A program made the position numbers and the translations under genes. Shown here piece by piece: positions 8,146 to 16,943 of a stretch of 64,000 nt of DNA; within the stretch, counting starts at the first letter, position 1; every line of letters starts with the position of its first letter. The DNA comes from a virus. Below the pieces are notes generated by a model. The model was not told where the DNA came from. It was given only the letters and a program-made list of their open reading frames with translations, and searched no databases. The DNA lies in IMG/VR virus record IMGVR_UViG_3300032116_000032, positions 1-64,000 of that record; one strand, 5' to 3'.

Positions 8146-11055
8146 TTACCTATTGTCCATATATATTATCACTTCATTATAATATTCTATGAATTCGTCA
8201 TTCCATAGATTCCATTTAATATCAAGACCATCGACTGAATAAACTTGAATATTATTGAATTGGGATAAAATATTATCTCTAAACCATCTAAACTTACATT
8301 CGTGGTAATTTGAGTCGTTTCTGAGATGAAACTCTGTTACAATTTTTGGAATTGATTTTAAAAATTCAATGTTACTTTCTTGAAAAACATCGTATTCCCC
8401 ACCTTCACAATCACACTTCAAAAAATCAATTTTATCAATTTTATATTCATCTAAAAATTCTTTGAAACTAAATGTCGGGACGTTTTCTGTCATATTATCC
8501 CAAGTGATTTCAATTTTCTTTTTATCAGTTATTGCTCCCTGAATAATTTTTACATTTTCTTGACCTACATTGTTTTTTAAAATTTTGATTTGGTGACTTA
8601 ATGGTTCGACAACATAACATTGTTTTGGTTTTTTCGGTAATATTTTATAAGTAAATGGACCTAAAGATGCACCTAAATCTACAACAATGTCACCCTCCTC
8701 AACCTCAAAAAATCTTTCATAAGTATTACCTTCAAATATTTCTTCCTCAGCTTGTTTTACATACCATTCACTTCTTCCACCCCAATCAAAATTAATTTCT
8801 TGAGTTATTTCCTTATTTGTGATTTTATTAATTTCTGAAATAACCATTTCAGAAGTAATTTGTTTTGTACATTCAAATTGACGATCAGTTCCTTTATGGT
8901 GAGGACACCAATTCCAATCACCAGCATCTAATCTTTCTGAATTAAAACATCCGTGACAAACATTTTGATTTATAACTCTATAGGTATCTAAAGTTGTTTC
9001 TGCCCACTTTGCACTAAAACCTGAAATTAAAATAACAGGAAGTTTACATGCCCAAGCCAACCAAGATAAACCTGATCCTAAACCAATAAAAAATTCACAT
9101 GTTGATAAATCATCTATAACTTCTTGTATGTTCCCACCTTTATATATTGTAACTCCTTTTGGGTAAAAATTATTCATATATCCGTCTCCTTCTTTTGAAT
9201 AAACCATACACTCATATCCTAAACCTATAAGATAATCAACAACCTCTTGCCAACCACTTTGATTATTCCAATATTTTGCTTGTGCTGTTGAATGGATCCC
9301 AATACCAACTTTTTTAACTTTTTCTACTTTTGGTAGTTTTAATTTTGGTCTAATTTCAGAATAATCTAACCCTAAAATATCTGTTGCTGTTTTTTGAAGT
9401 GGTTGTCTTCTGAAATCATTTTTATGATTATTTTTATCGTATAAACCTTCTGATGTATAATACCAACCAAGCCTGTATTGTGCATATATGTTTTCAACAA
9501 CTTTACCTGGATCAACAAACTCAATTTCAGGGTATTGGTCAATAAACAAGTCGTTCATGAAAGTTGAAACGATTAATTTGCAATTGTGTTTTTGTCTAAA
9601 AACCTCACAGTATGGAACCCAAGCCATTGTATCACCTAATGATTTTGACCCGAAAGAAATGTAAACTCTTTTGTTTGTCAGATCCAATGTATTTGTGTAA
9701 ATTAATTCGTCATTTTCTCTTATTTCTGTTTTCCATTTTACGTAATATTCTGTGTTAATTTTTACCCAATGGTTTATAGGTAGAGTATTTTCGTAAATTA
9801 AATTATCATTATCATCAAATATTTTTATATTAAATGGATTTTCACTCTGACCTAAAATTTCAACAAAAGGATTTATAACGAAATGTTGATTAACAATGTA
9901 ATCGTTTTTAATTTTTTCATTTTTTTGTTTAGGTGTATGCATTACATTTTTATAAAAATAATATAAGCTGTCCCCAAAATCATTTTGATATTCAATCGTA
10001 TAATTTGAGTCCTTATCTATTAAATCGATTAAGTTATTTTTTATTTCATTATAATCGTCACTTGATATAGGATAAATGTATTTGTCAAACATACCTACAT
10101 ACTGAGGTAAATTTCTTGTCAATATTTTTAATCCATAATTAATAGATTCTCTAATAACTAATGGATTACATTCCCAAGTTGAGTTAAACATTAAAACATC
10201 AGATGCTATCATGAAATCATCGACATCGTCTCTTTCACCCCAAACCGTCACATTACTTGGTAAGTTATTCATAATTGGACCCCAATAATCCTCAAAATTT
10301 GGTGCTTGGTTTCCAATAAAATGAAAATGAACGTTGGGATGAGATTCCTCAAATAATCTTGCAACTTCAACACCCTCTTTTTGATTTTTACCCGATGTCC
10401 ACAGACCAACGTTTAAAACATGAGTCTTCATATGATCTAAACCTATTTTATCTCTTACCTCAATTTTTTTAAGAAGAGGTACTCTATGATCATCATAATA
10501 TATTTCTAATTCATCTAAAATTGGTTTTACTTTATTTTCATATGGATACATTATGAGTTCTTTTTTAGATGGTGTGTCTTTAAAAGAAACTTGATTATGG
10601 TATGGAGTTACAAGACAATAGTAATCAGGATGTAATTTTTTATTATTAGGATCAAACCAAATGTTATGACAAGTTTCTACTACTCTCCAAGTTCTATTAT
10701 TATCATATAATTCGTTTAATAAATCTAATGGCATTTTATTAAAACTTTCAAATGCTTCAGGAATTTCTTCAGCATGTACTATATCTATTTTGTTTTCTTT
10801 TATAATACGAATCAATTCATATTTTTTTTCTTTTTCTGTTGTTCCACCAAGAGTCCAAAAATGACCAGTTTCCAATAAATCAATAATTTTATTTCTTTGC
10901 ACAACATAAGTGTCACTAAACTGAGAATACTCAACTAAAAAAATTTCAATTTGATTTTTGTATTTTTGAAGGGACTGAATTCTTTTCAAAACAAATTGTG
11001 GCATACCCCCTGTTGAAAGGTGTGGTGTAAGATATAATAATTTAATTTTTTCCAT
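8146..11055 (-). CDS. Three-domain enzyme: GT4 glycosyltransferase + Aah/TibC-like protein O-heptosyltransferase + FkbM-like methyltransferase
   Basis: GT4: HLSTGGMPQF and GERDDVDDFMIASDVLMFNSTWECNPLVIRES. Aah/TibC-like: SKSLGDTMAWVPYCEVF, GLGSGLSWLAWA and CHGC-x13-C-x11-C. FkbM: VVDLGASLGPF and LKCDCEGGEYD. Confidence 0.8.
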   Translation of the reverse strand: MEKIKLLYLTPHLSTGGMPQFVLKRIQSLQKYKNQIEIFLVEYSQFSDTYVVQRNKIIDLLETGHFWTLGGTTEKEKKYELIRIIKENKIDIVHAEEIPEAFESFNKMPLDLLNELYDNNRTWRVVETCHNIWFDPNNKKLHPDYYCLVTPYHNQVSFKDTPSKKELIMYPYENKVKPILDELEIYYDDHRVPLLKKIEVRDKIGLDHMKTHVLNVGLWTSGKNQKEGVEVARLFEESHPNVHFHFIGNQAPNFEDYWGPIMNNLPSNVTVWGERDDVDDFMIASDVLMFNSTWECNPLVIRESINYGLKILTRNLPQYVGMFDKYIYPISSDDYNEIKNNLIDLIDKDSNYTIEYQNDFGDSLYYFYKNVMHTPKQKNEKIKNDYIVNQHFVINPFVEILGQSENPFNIKIFDDNDNLIYENTLPINHWVKINTEYYVKWKTEIRENDELIYTNTLDLTNKRVYISFGSKSLGDTMAWVPYCEVFRQKHNCKLIVSTFMNDLFIDQYPEIEFVDPGKVVENIYAQYRLGWYYTSEGLYDKNNHKNDFRRQPLQKTATDILGLDYSEIRPKLKLPKVEKVKKVGIGIHSTAQAKYWNNQSGWQEVVDYLIGLGYECMVYSKEGDGYMNNFYPKGVTIYKGGNIQEVIDDLSTCEFFIGLGSGLSWLAWACKLPVILISGFSAKWAETTLDTYRVINQNVCHGCFNSERLDAGDWNWCPHHKGTDRQFECTKQITSEMVISEINKITNKEITQEINFDWGGRSEWYVKQAEEEIFEGNTYERFFEVEEGDIVVDLGASLGPFTYKILPKKPKQCYVVEPLSHQIKILKNNVGQENVKIIQGAITDKKKIEITWDNMTENVPTFSFKEFLDEYKIDKIDFLKCDCEGGEYDVFQESNIEFLKSIPKIVTEFHLRNDSNYHECKFRWFRDNILSQFNNIQVYSVDGLDIKWNLWNDEFIEYYNEVIIYMDNR

Positions 11056-11091
11056 AGCATAAAAAATAAGTTTAGAGTTTACAAACTAAAG

Positions 11092-11099
11092 TATTTATA
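11092..11099 (+). promoter_or_regulatory. Representative copy of the recurrent TATTTAT(A) late-promoter-like motif
   Basis: The same motif lies about 4-45 nt upstream of at least 15 structural genes, in the sense orientation on either strand (see finding). Confidence 0.6.
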
Positions 11100-11119
11100 G
11101 AATAAAGATATATTTTACA

Positions 11120-12118
11120 ATGGCAACTGCAAGACCTTTTGCGTACAACACAGGATCGACAATTTCGGGAACCATACAAGTTGGTAACTTGGCAGTTGGT
11201 TACCCGACTGCAGGATTTGCGTCAACAGGTCTTGAATGGTGGAATGGTCCTGATGAAGATTTGGGTTACGTTATTGCACAACAAGTTCCTGATGATAGTC
11301 AACCAACACCAGTTGTTGGGGTTACAGCATCTGTGGGATTCTTCAGAACTAACGGATTTGATGATAATGAATTTGTAACTTTGGCAAATTTAGTGTCAAA
11401 TGCGAACTATACTAATGCGTCAAATGCCGCTATAGGGTTAACTTCTAATGGGTATTGGACATCTTATGTTCCTAATTCAAATTTAAAATTACACTTAGAT
11501 GCATCAGACCCAAATAGTTATTCAGGGGTAGGTACAACATGGTATGATTTGAGTAGTAGTGGTAATGATGTACAAATGAACAACTCAGGAAGTATTAATT
11601 GGGTTAATACGGGTGCTACATATTTTTCCACAGGATCTAATGGTTGGTTTTCAAACCCTTCAGGAATAGATTTGCCAACAGGTAACACACCTTATACTTT
11701 CATTATATGGGCTCAAATAGAATCAGGTTGGAATGCTAACGGTTTCATGAGTATTGGTCCATTTGGTATTGCTAATCAATCAAATGCATTTAGGACTGGT
11801 ATAGAAAATCAATTTATAAACTATTGGTGGGCTAATGATTTAGCCGTAGTAGGGTCACTACCTTCAACCACCTCTTGGTTTAACGCTGTTGCTAAATTTG
11901 ATGGAACAACAAGAAGTATATTAGTTAATGGTGTACTTTTAGGTTCTGACACTCCTGTAGGTCATTACGTTAGCACAAGCGAATTACAAATTGCAAAAAC
12001 ATATACTAATGAGTATTTAAATGGAAATGTTGGTGAAGTGTTAATTTATGATATCGCATTATCCGATTCAGATATATTACAATATTATAATGATACCAAA
12101 ACAAGGTTTGGTCTATAA
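11120..12118 (+). CDS. Virion-associated protein with a C-terminal LamG/ConA-like jelly-roll domain
   Basis: LHLDASDPNSYSG...WYDLS and NGNVGEVLIYDIALSDSDILQYYN are typical of phage LamG-like domains. It is preceded by the TATTTATA motif. Confidence 0.75.
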   Translation: MATARPFAYNTGSTISGTIQVGNLAVGYPTAGFASTGLEWWNGPDEDLGYVIAQQVPDDSQPTPVVGVTASVGFFRTNGFDDNEFVTLANLVSNANYTNASNAAIGLTSNGYWTSYVPNSNLKLHLDASDPNSYSGVGTTWYDLSSSGNDVQMNNSGSINWVNTGATYFSTGSNGWFSNPSGIDLPTGNTPYTFIIWAQIESGWNANGFMSIGPFGIANQSNAFRTGIENQFINYWWANDLAVVGSLPSTTSWFNAVAKFDGTTRSILVNGVLLGSDTPVGHYVSTSELQIAKTYTNEYLNGNVGEVLIYDIALSDSDILQYYNDTKTRFGL

Positions 12119-12158
12119 TTAATTTATATATTTTCATTTTTTTTGGTGTATATTTTTC

Positions 12159-13097
12159 TTGATGAAAAACATTTGTATTGATATTACACAATGCCGAGCT
12201 TTAGGAGATACTTTATGTGCCACACCTGTAGTTAGAAAAATTAGTAAAACATATAATCAAAAAGTTTCTGTAATCTCCCATCATTCAGAAATATTTTCAA
12301 ATTTACCTTATGTAGAAAATAATTATCAATATTCCCCCGAAACGTTTGATAAAATAAAAGACGAGTATGAAATGTTTCAAACTTTCGACGTTTTTTATAA
12401 GGAAAGTGGTATTTGTAACAAACATAATACAATGGACATCAGACAACTTCATGCCATTAGTTTAGGTTTTATGTTAACAAAAAAAGAAATGGAAATGGAT
12501 TATATCACTGATGACAATGTCATCTTACCTGATTTACCATTAAAATATGTTTTAATTCATCCAGTTCAAAATTGGGATTCAAGAACTTGGCCGGCAAAAA
12601 GTTGGCAAATGTTAACACAACTTTTAAATGAAAAAGGTATTTCAGTAATTTCTGTGGGTAAAGATTCTTCAGAAATGGGAGGTTCTAATGTTGATAAACC
12701 CGTATTTAATTTTCCAATAAAGCTTGGGTACAACTTAATGAATCAAACGACCTTAGATCAAACTTGGCATTTGATTAACAATAGCTCTTGTTTTGTAACT
12801 ATGGATTCAGGTCTTTTACATTTAGCAGGAACAACAGATGTTAACATAATTCAGTTGGGAAGTTCCATTGATCCTGAGTTCAGATCGCCCTATAGACAAG
12901 GTTCTCAGAATTATAAATACCACTATGTTAGAGGTGGTTGTGGATTAAATTGTGCTTCAGATATGAAATATGGTGTTAGAGAATGGGGGACAATTCAAGG
13001 AATACCATCTTTAGTTGGGTGTTTAGAAAGAAAAAAAACTTTTGAGTGCCACCCATCTGTTTTACAGGTATACCAAAAAATTTTGGAAATAGTGTAG
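12159..13097 (+). CDS. GT9-like glycosyltransferase with a C-terminal four-Cys cluster
   Basis: RALGDTLCATP, SRTWP and FVTMDSGLLHLAG motifs, then C-x3-C-x22-C-x8-C. Confidence 0.8.
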   Translation: MMKNICIDITQCRALGDTLCATPVVRKISKTYNQKVSVISHHSEIFSNLPYVENNYQYSPETFDKIKDEYEMFQTFDVFYKESGICNKHNTMDIRQLHAISLGFMLTKKEMEMDYITDDNVILPDLPLKYVLIHPVQNWDSRTWPAKSWQMLTQLLNEKGISVISVGKDSSEMGGSNVDKPVFNFPIKLGYNLMNQTTLDQTWHLINNSSCFVTMDSGLLHLAGTTDVNIIQLGSSIDPEFRSPYRQGSQNYKYHYVRGGCGLNCASDMKYGVREWGTIQGIPSLVGCLERKKTFECHPSVLQVYQKILEIV

Positions 13098-13116
13098 TTA
13101 GGTATTTATATTATAT

Positions 13117-13419
13117 ATGCCAAATTACGTAAATATAAATTCAATCGTAGGAACACCTCCATACACAATATTTGTATGTGATCAGACTTTTACTTCTTGT
13201 TTTTTGGCTGCAGGACCAATTCCAATATCTACACCATATACTTTTATGGTACCACCACCATTAACTAATGTGACAGACATTATTGTTAAAATAATTGATA
13301 GTAACGGATGTGATACTTGGTATCCACTATCTTGTGGGACTTACTACGGAAAGGAATTCGAAGATTTTGCAATATTTTTGTTTCAGGACACAAATATATA
13401 TTTATTTGAAGGTCAGTAA
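13117..13419 (+). CDS. Small virion adaptor-like hypothetical protein
   Basis: 100-aa ORF with a beta-rich body and an acidic/aromatic C-terminus (EFEDFAIFLFQDTNIYLFE). It is preceded by TATTTATA. Confidence 0.55.
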   Translation: MPNYVNINSIVGTPPYTIFVCDQTFTSCFLAAGPIPISTPYTFMVPPPLTNVTDIIVKIIDSNGCDTWYPLSCGTYYGKEFEDFAIFLFQDTNIYLFEGQ

Positions 13420-13430
13420 TATTTATTAGT

Positions 13431-14765
13431 ATGCCAGTTTATAATAGACTCACAGATAGATCTCAAGTTTCAGCCGTCACAGTTAACGATATTTTTCACG
13501 TTGTAGTTACAGGTGATACAAGTCAGAGCCCACAAGGTTCTTCATATTTTGCCCCAATTAGTTTTTTACAACCAATATTAAGTGGTGCTAGTGGTTCGGC
13601 AGGTACTTCAGGTACAAATGGCACAAGTGGTACTAATGGGACTAGCGGGACTTTTGGTACTTCAGGTACAAATGGCACAAGTGGTACTAATGGTACTAGT
13701 GGGACTAACGGTACAAATGGTACTAATGGTACTAGTGGGACTAACGGTACAAATGGTACAAGCGGAACTAATGGTACAAATGGTACAAATGGTACAAGCG
13801 GAACTAATGGCACAAATGGTACTAATGGAACATCAGGTACCCATGGCACATCGGCAACTAACGGTACGTCAGGTACTAATGGTACAAGTGGAACAACTCC
13901 ACCGGGTTTTACATCAGGTACTAATGGTACTAATGGTACAAACGGAACATCTGCAACTAATGGTACAAACGGAACTAATGGTACTTCAGGTACAAATGGG
14001 ACATCAGGTACCAACGGAACATCAGGGACTAATGGAACTAATGGTACTTCAGGTACATCGCCAACTTCAGCAACTACAGTCAGTACTATAGAAAACACAG
14101 GAAATACTAAATTTTATGTAACATTTGTTGATTCAAACAATACCGTTGCGCTAGCAGAAAGTTTATACACAAATGCAGGTATTAGCTTTAATCCAAGTAC
14201 TGATATTCTTGAAGTTTCTTCCGCATACCAAAGTGGTGACGGAACAGTATCCGCACCATCACATAGTTTTACTTCAGACCCAAATACGGGAATTTATAGG
14301 ATAGGTACCGATAATATCGGTGTTGCCACTGGCGGTGTAAGACGAATGAGTGTTGATAGTAGTGGTACTTTATATGTTGGTAACGGGAATGAATCTAATG
14401 GATCAAACTTCATAATTCCTTTAGGTGGGTACGTCCAAACATCTAACGCAACTCCAACAACATTAATAACTTTGGCAACATCAAACGATAATGTTTATAC
14501 GGTAGAGGCGTTTGTTGCTGGTGCAACAACATCAGGGACTGTTGGTATTGGTGGAATTATAAGTGCAACTTTTTTAAATAACGGAGGAACTGTTAATCTT
14601 ATTGGGGCAGTTCAAGGGTCAGTTCAAGAAAACATTATAGGGTCACCAACATTTACACTTCTTGGGTCGGGTAGTAATATTATTTTACAAGTTACAGGAG
14701 TTGCCTCAACTACTATTAATTGGTTCGGTAAAATTAAATATATCACAGGAAGTAGGTCAATTTAA
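13431..14765 (+). CDS. Collagen-like fibre protein
   Basis: About 50 GTN/GTS triplets (nt about 13584-14060) with one PPGFTS interruption. A PSHSFTSDPNTGIYR fibre-type motif and a beta-rich tip follow. Confidence 0.8.
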   Translation: MPVYNRLTDRSQVSAVTVNDIFHVVVTGDTSQSPQGSSYFAPISFLQPILSGASGSAGTSGTNGTSGTNGTSGTFGTSGTNGTSGTNGTSGTNGTNGTNGTSGTNGTNGTSGTNGTNGTNGTSGTNGTNGTNGTSGTHGTSATNGTSGTNGTSGTTPPGFTSGTNGTNGTNGTSATNGTNGTNGTSGTNGTSGTNGTSGTNGTNGTSGTSPTSATTVSTIENTGNTKFYVTFVDSNNTVALAESLYTNAGISFNPSTDILEVSSAYQSGDGTVSAPSHSFTSDPNTGIYRIGTDNIGVATGGVRRMSVDSSGTLYVGNGNESNGSNFIIPLGGYVQTSNATPTTLITLATSNDNVYTVEAFVAGATTSGTVGIGGIISATFLNNGGTVNLIGAVQGSVQENIIGSPTFTLLGSGSNIILQVTGVASTTINWFGKIKYITGSRSI

Positions 14766-14813
14766 CTTTCAGTTTTTCATTTATTTTAATCATTATTTTT
14801 TTATTTTTTCTGT

Positions 14814-16058
14814 ATGAGAATATTTGTACAGATTGCTGCTTATCGTGACCCCCAACTTATACCAACAATCAAATCTATGTTGGAGAATGCAAAAAAACCA
14901 AAAAACATTATTATTGGTATCGCAAGACAATTTAATCCTGAAGATGGTTTTGATGATTTAACTGAATATGAAAATGATGATCGTTTCCGTATTTTAAATA
15001 TCCCATACACCGAATCAAAAGGAGTGTGTTGGGCAAGACATCAAGTACAACAATTATATGGGGGTGAAGAATACACACTTCAAATCGATTCTCATATGAG
15101 GTTTGAAAAAGATTGGGACGATACTTTAATTAAAATGATTAAAAAATTACAAAAACTTGGTCATAAAAAACCTTTGTTAACGGGTTATGTTTCATCTTTT
15201 GATCCTGATAATGATCCTGAAGGTAGGGTTAATGAACCTTGGAGAATGGCATTTGATAGATTTACACCTGAAGGCGTTGTATTTTTCTTACCTGAAGTGA
15301 TTCCTGATTGGAAAAAAATTAAAGATCCAATTCCCGCAAGATTTTACTCGGCACACTTTTGTTTCACTTTAGGTCAATTCTCAACTGAAGTACAACACGA
15401 TCCTGAATTTTATTTTCACGGAGAAGAAATTTCAATTACGGTTAGAGCTTATACACATGGATATGATTTATTTCACCCAAACAAAGTTATTATTTGGCAC
15501 GAATACACTAGAAAGGGTAGAACTAAACAGTGGGATGATGATAAGGAATGGTATTTGAAAAATACTGCCTGTCATAAAAAAAATAGACAACTTCTTGGTA
15601 TAGATGGTGAAAAATATGAAGGAGATTATTATGAGTGGTTTGGTAAAGAAAGAACAATAAGAGATTATGAAAAATATGCGGGGTTGCTATTTGAGACAAG
15701 AGCAGTACAACAAGACACTATAGATAAAAAATATCCACCAAACGAGTACAATTTTGAAAATGAGAACGAATGGAAAAAAAGTTTTTCCACAATATTCAAA
15801 CACTGCATTGATTTAGATTTAAATCAAGTTCCTGAAACGGATTATGATTTTTGGGTTGTTGCCTTCCACGATCAAGAACATCAAACAATTTTTAGACAAG
15901 ATGTCGACGCAAACGAGATTATAAGAATAAAGTCAGACCCTGAAGGATACGGTAAAATATGGAGAGAGTTCAACACAACAAAGATACCATCTTATTGGGT
16001 AGTGTGGCCTCACTCAATTTCAAAAGATTGGTGTGATAGAATTGTCGGTAATTTATGA
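14814..16058 (+). CDS. GT60-like polypeptide GlcNAc-transferase (Skp1 GlcNAc-T / GlcNAc family)
   Basis: IFVQIAAYRD, GVCWARHQVQ, YTLQIDSHMRF, LLTGY, FHGEEI and RAYTHGYDLFHP match the GT60 pattern. Confidence 0.75.
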   Translation: MRIFVQIAAYRDPQLIPTIKSMLENAKKPKNIIIGIARQFNPEDGFDDLTEYENDDRFRILNIPYTESKGVCWARHQVQQLYGGEEYTLQIDSHMRFEKDWDDTLIKMIKKLQKLGHKKPLLTGYVSSFDPDNDPEGRVNEPWRMAFDRFTPEGVVFFLPEVIPDWKKIKDPIPARFYSAHFCFTLGQFSTEVQHDPEFYFHGEEISITVRAYTHGYDLFHPNKVIIWHEYTRKGRTKQWDDDKEWYLKNTACHKKNRQLLGIDGEKYEGDYYEWFGKERTIRDYEKYAGLLFETRAVQQDTIDKKYPPNEYNFENENEWKKSFSTIFKHCIDLDLNQVPETDYDFWVVAFHDQEHQTIFRQDVDANEIIRIKSDPEGYGKIWREFNTTKIPSYWVVWPHSISKDWCDRIVGNL

Positions 16059-16942
16059 AAACACTATTTGTAACTTGTTTATATTCTAAACTTTTTGGAT
16101 CTGAATTTGGTGGTAGAGATAGTAGAGACGGACATTATAAAAATTCATTAAAAAGTCTTTTAAAAATGTCTGATGCCAAATTTATTTGTTACACATCAGA
16201 AAATCAGTTAGAGGATTTAAAAACTTTCTTTTATAAACAAAACAAATTTAATGAGGATCAAATTCAATTTAAAATATTTAATTTAAAAAATTGTGAATAC
16301 CATCAACAAATTTCTGAATTAAGAAAAACACAAAGTAATTTACTACAAGACAGATGTTACGAAATACAATACTCTAAATTCTTTTGGTGTTTAGAAAATT
16401 GTAACAATTCAGATTTTGATTATGTTTATTGGATTGATGCCGGATTGTCTCATAGTGGATTAATACCACCAAAATATTTAGACCAAACAAAGGGGTATTG
16501 GGAAAAATATTTTGAGTCTGAATTATTTAACAACACATTTTTAAATAATTTGATTAAACATACTGAAGAAAAGATTGTGGTATGTGCAAAAGAAAACCAA
16601 AGAAATTATTGGTCAAAAACCTTACCAAAAAAATATTATAACAATTATAGTTTTGATAGACATATCATCGGAGGTTTGTTCGGAGGTAAAAGAGAGAAAT
16701 TAAAATACTTCTGTGATTTATTTAATAAAGAAATCAAAAAGGTTTTAAATAATGAAGTTGATCTTTATTTAGAAGAAAATATAATGAGTTTAATATTTTC
16801 TAATAATAAAGAGTTATTCAACCCACTTCTATTTGATATTTGGTGGCACGAAGAAGATTACATACCTGGCGTTGATTTGAAAGAATTGACGTTAAAAGAA
16901 AAAAGTTTTTATAAAATTATAGAAAATCTAAATAATATATAA
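16055..16942 (+). CDS. HtrL/YibB-like putative glycosyltransferase
   Basis: FVTCLY N-terminus, YSKFFW, YVYWIDAGL, IIGGLFGG and EENIMS. Confidence 0.65.
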   Translation: MKTLFVTCLYSKLFGSEFGGRDSRDGHYKNSLKSLLKMSDAKFICYTSENQLEDLKTFFYKQNKFNEDQIQFKIFNLKNCEYHQQISELRKTQSNLLQDRCYEIQYSKFFWCLENCNNSDFDYVYWIDAGLSHSGLIPPKYLDQTKGYWEKYFESELFNNTFLNNLIKHTEEKIVVCAKENQRNYWSKTLPKKYYNNYSFDRHIIGGLFGGKREKLKYFCDLFNKEIKKVLNNEVDLYLEENIMSLIFSNNKELFNPLLFDIWWHEEDYIPGVDLKELTLKEKSFYKIIENLNNI

Positions 16943-16943
16943 G

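Noticed and set aside
13523-14098. Track ORFs 13523..14098 (-) and 13582..14091 (+)
   Set aside because: They are stop-free alternative frames created by the collagen repeat in 13431..14765.
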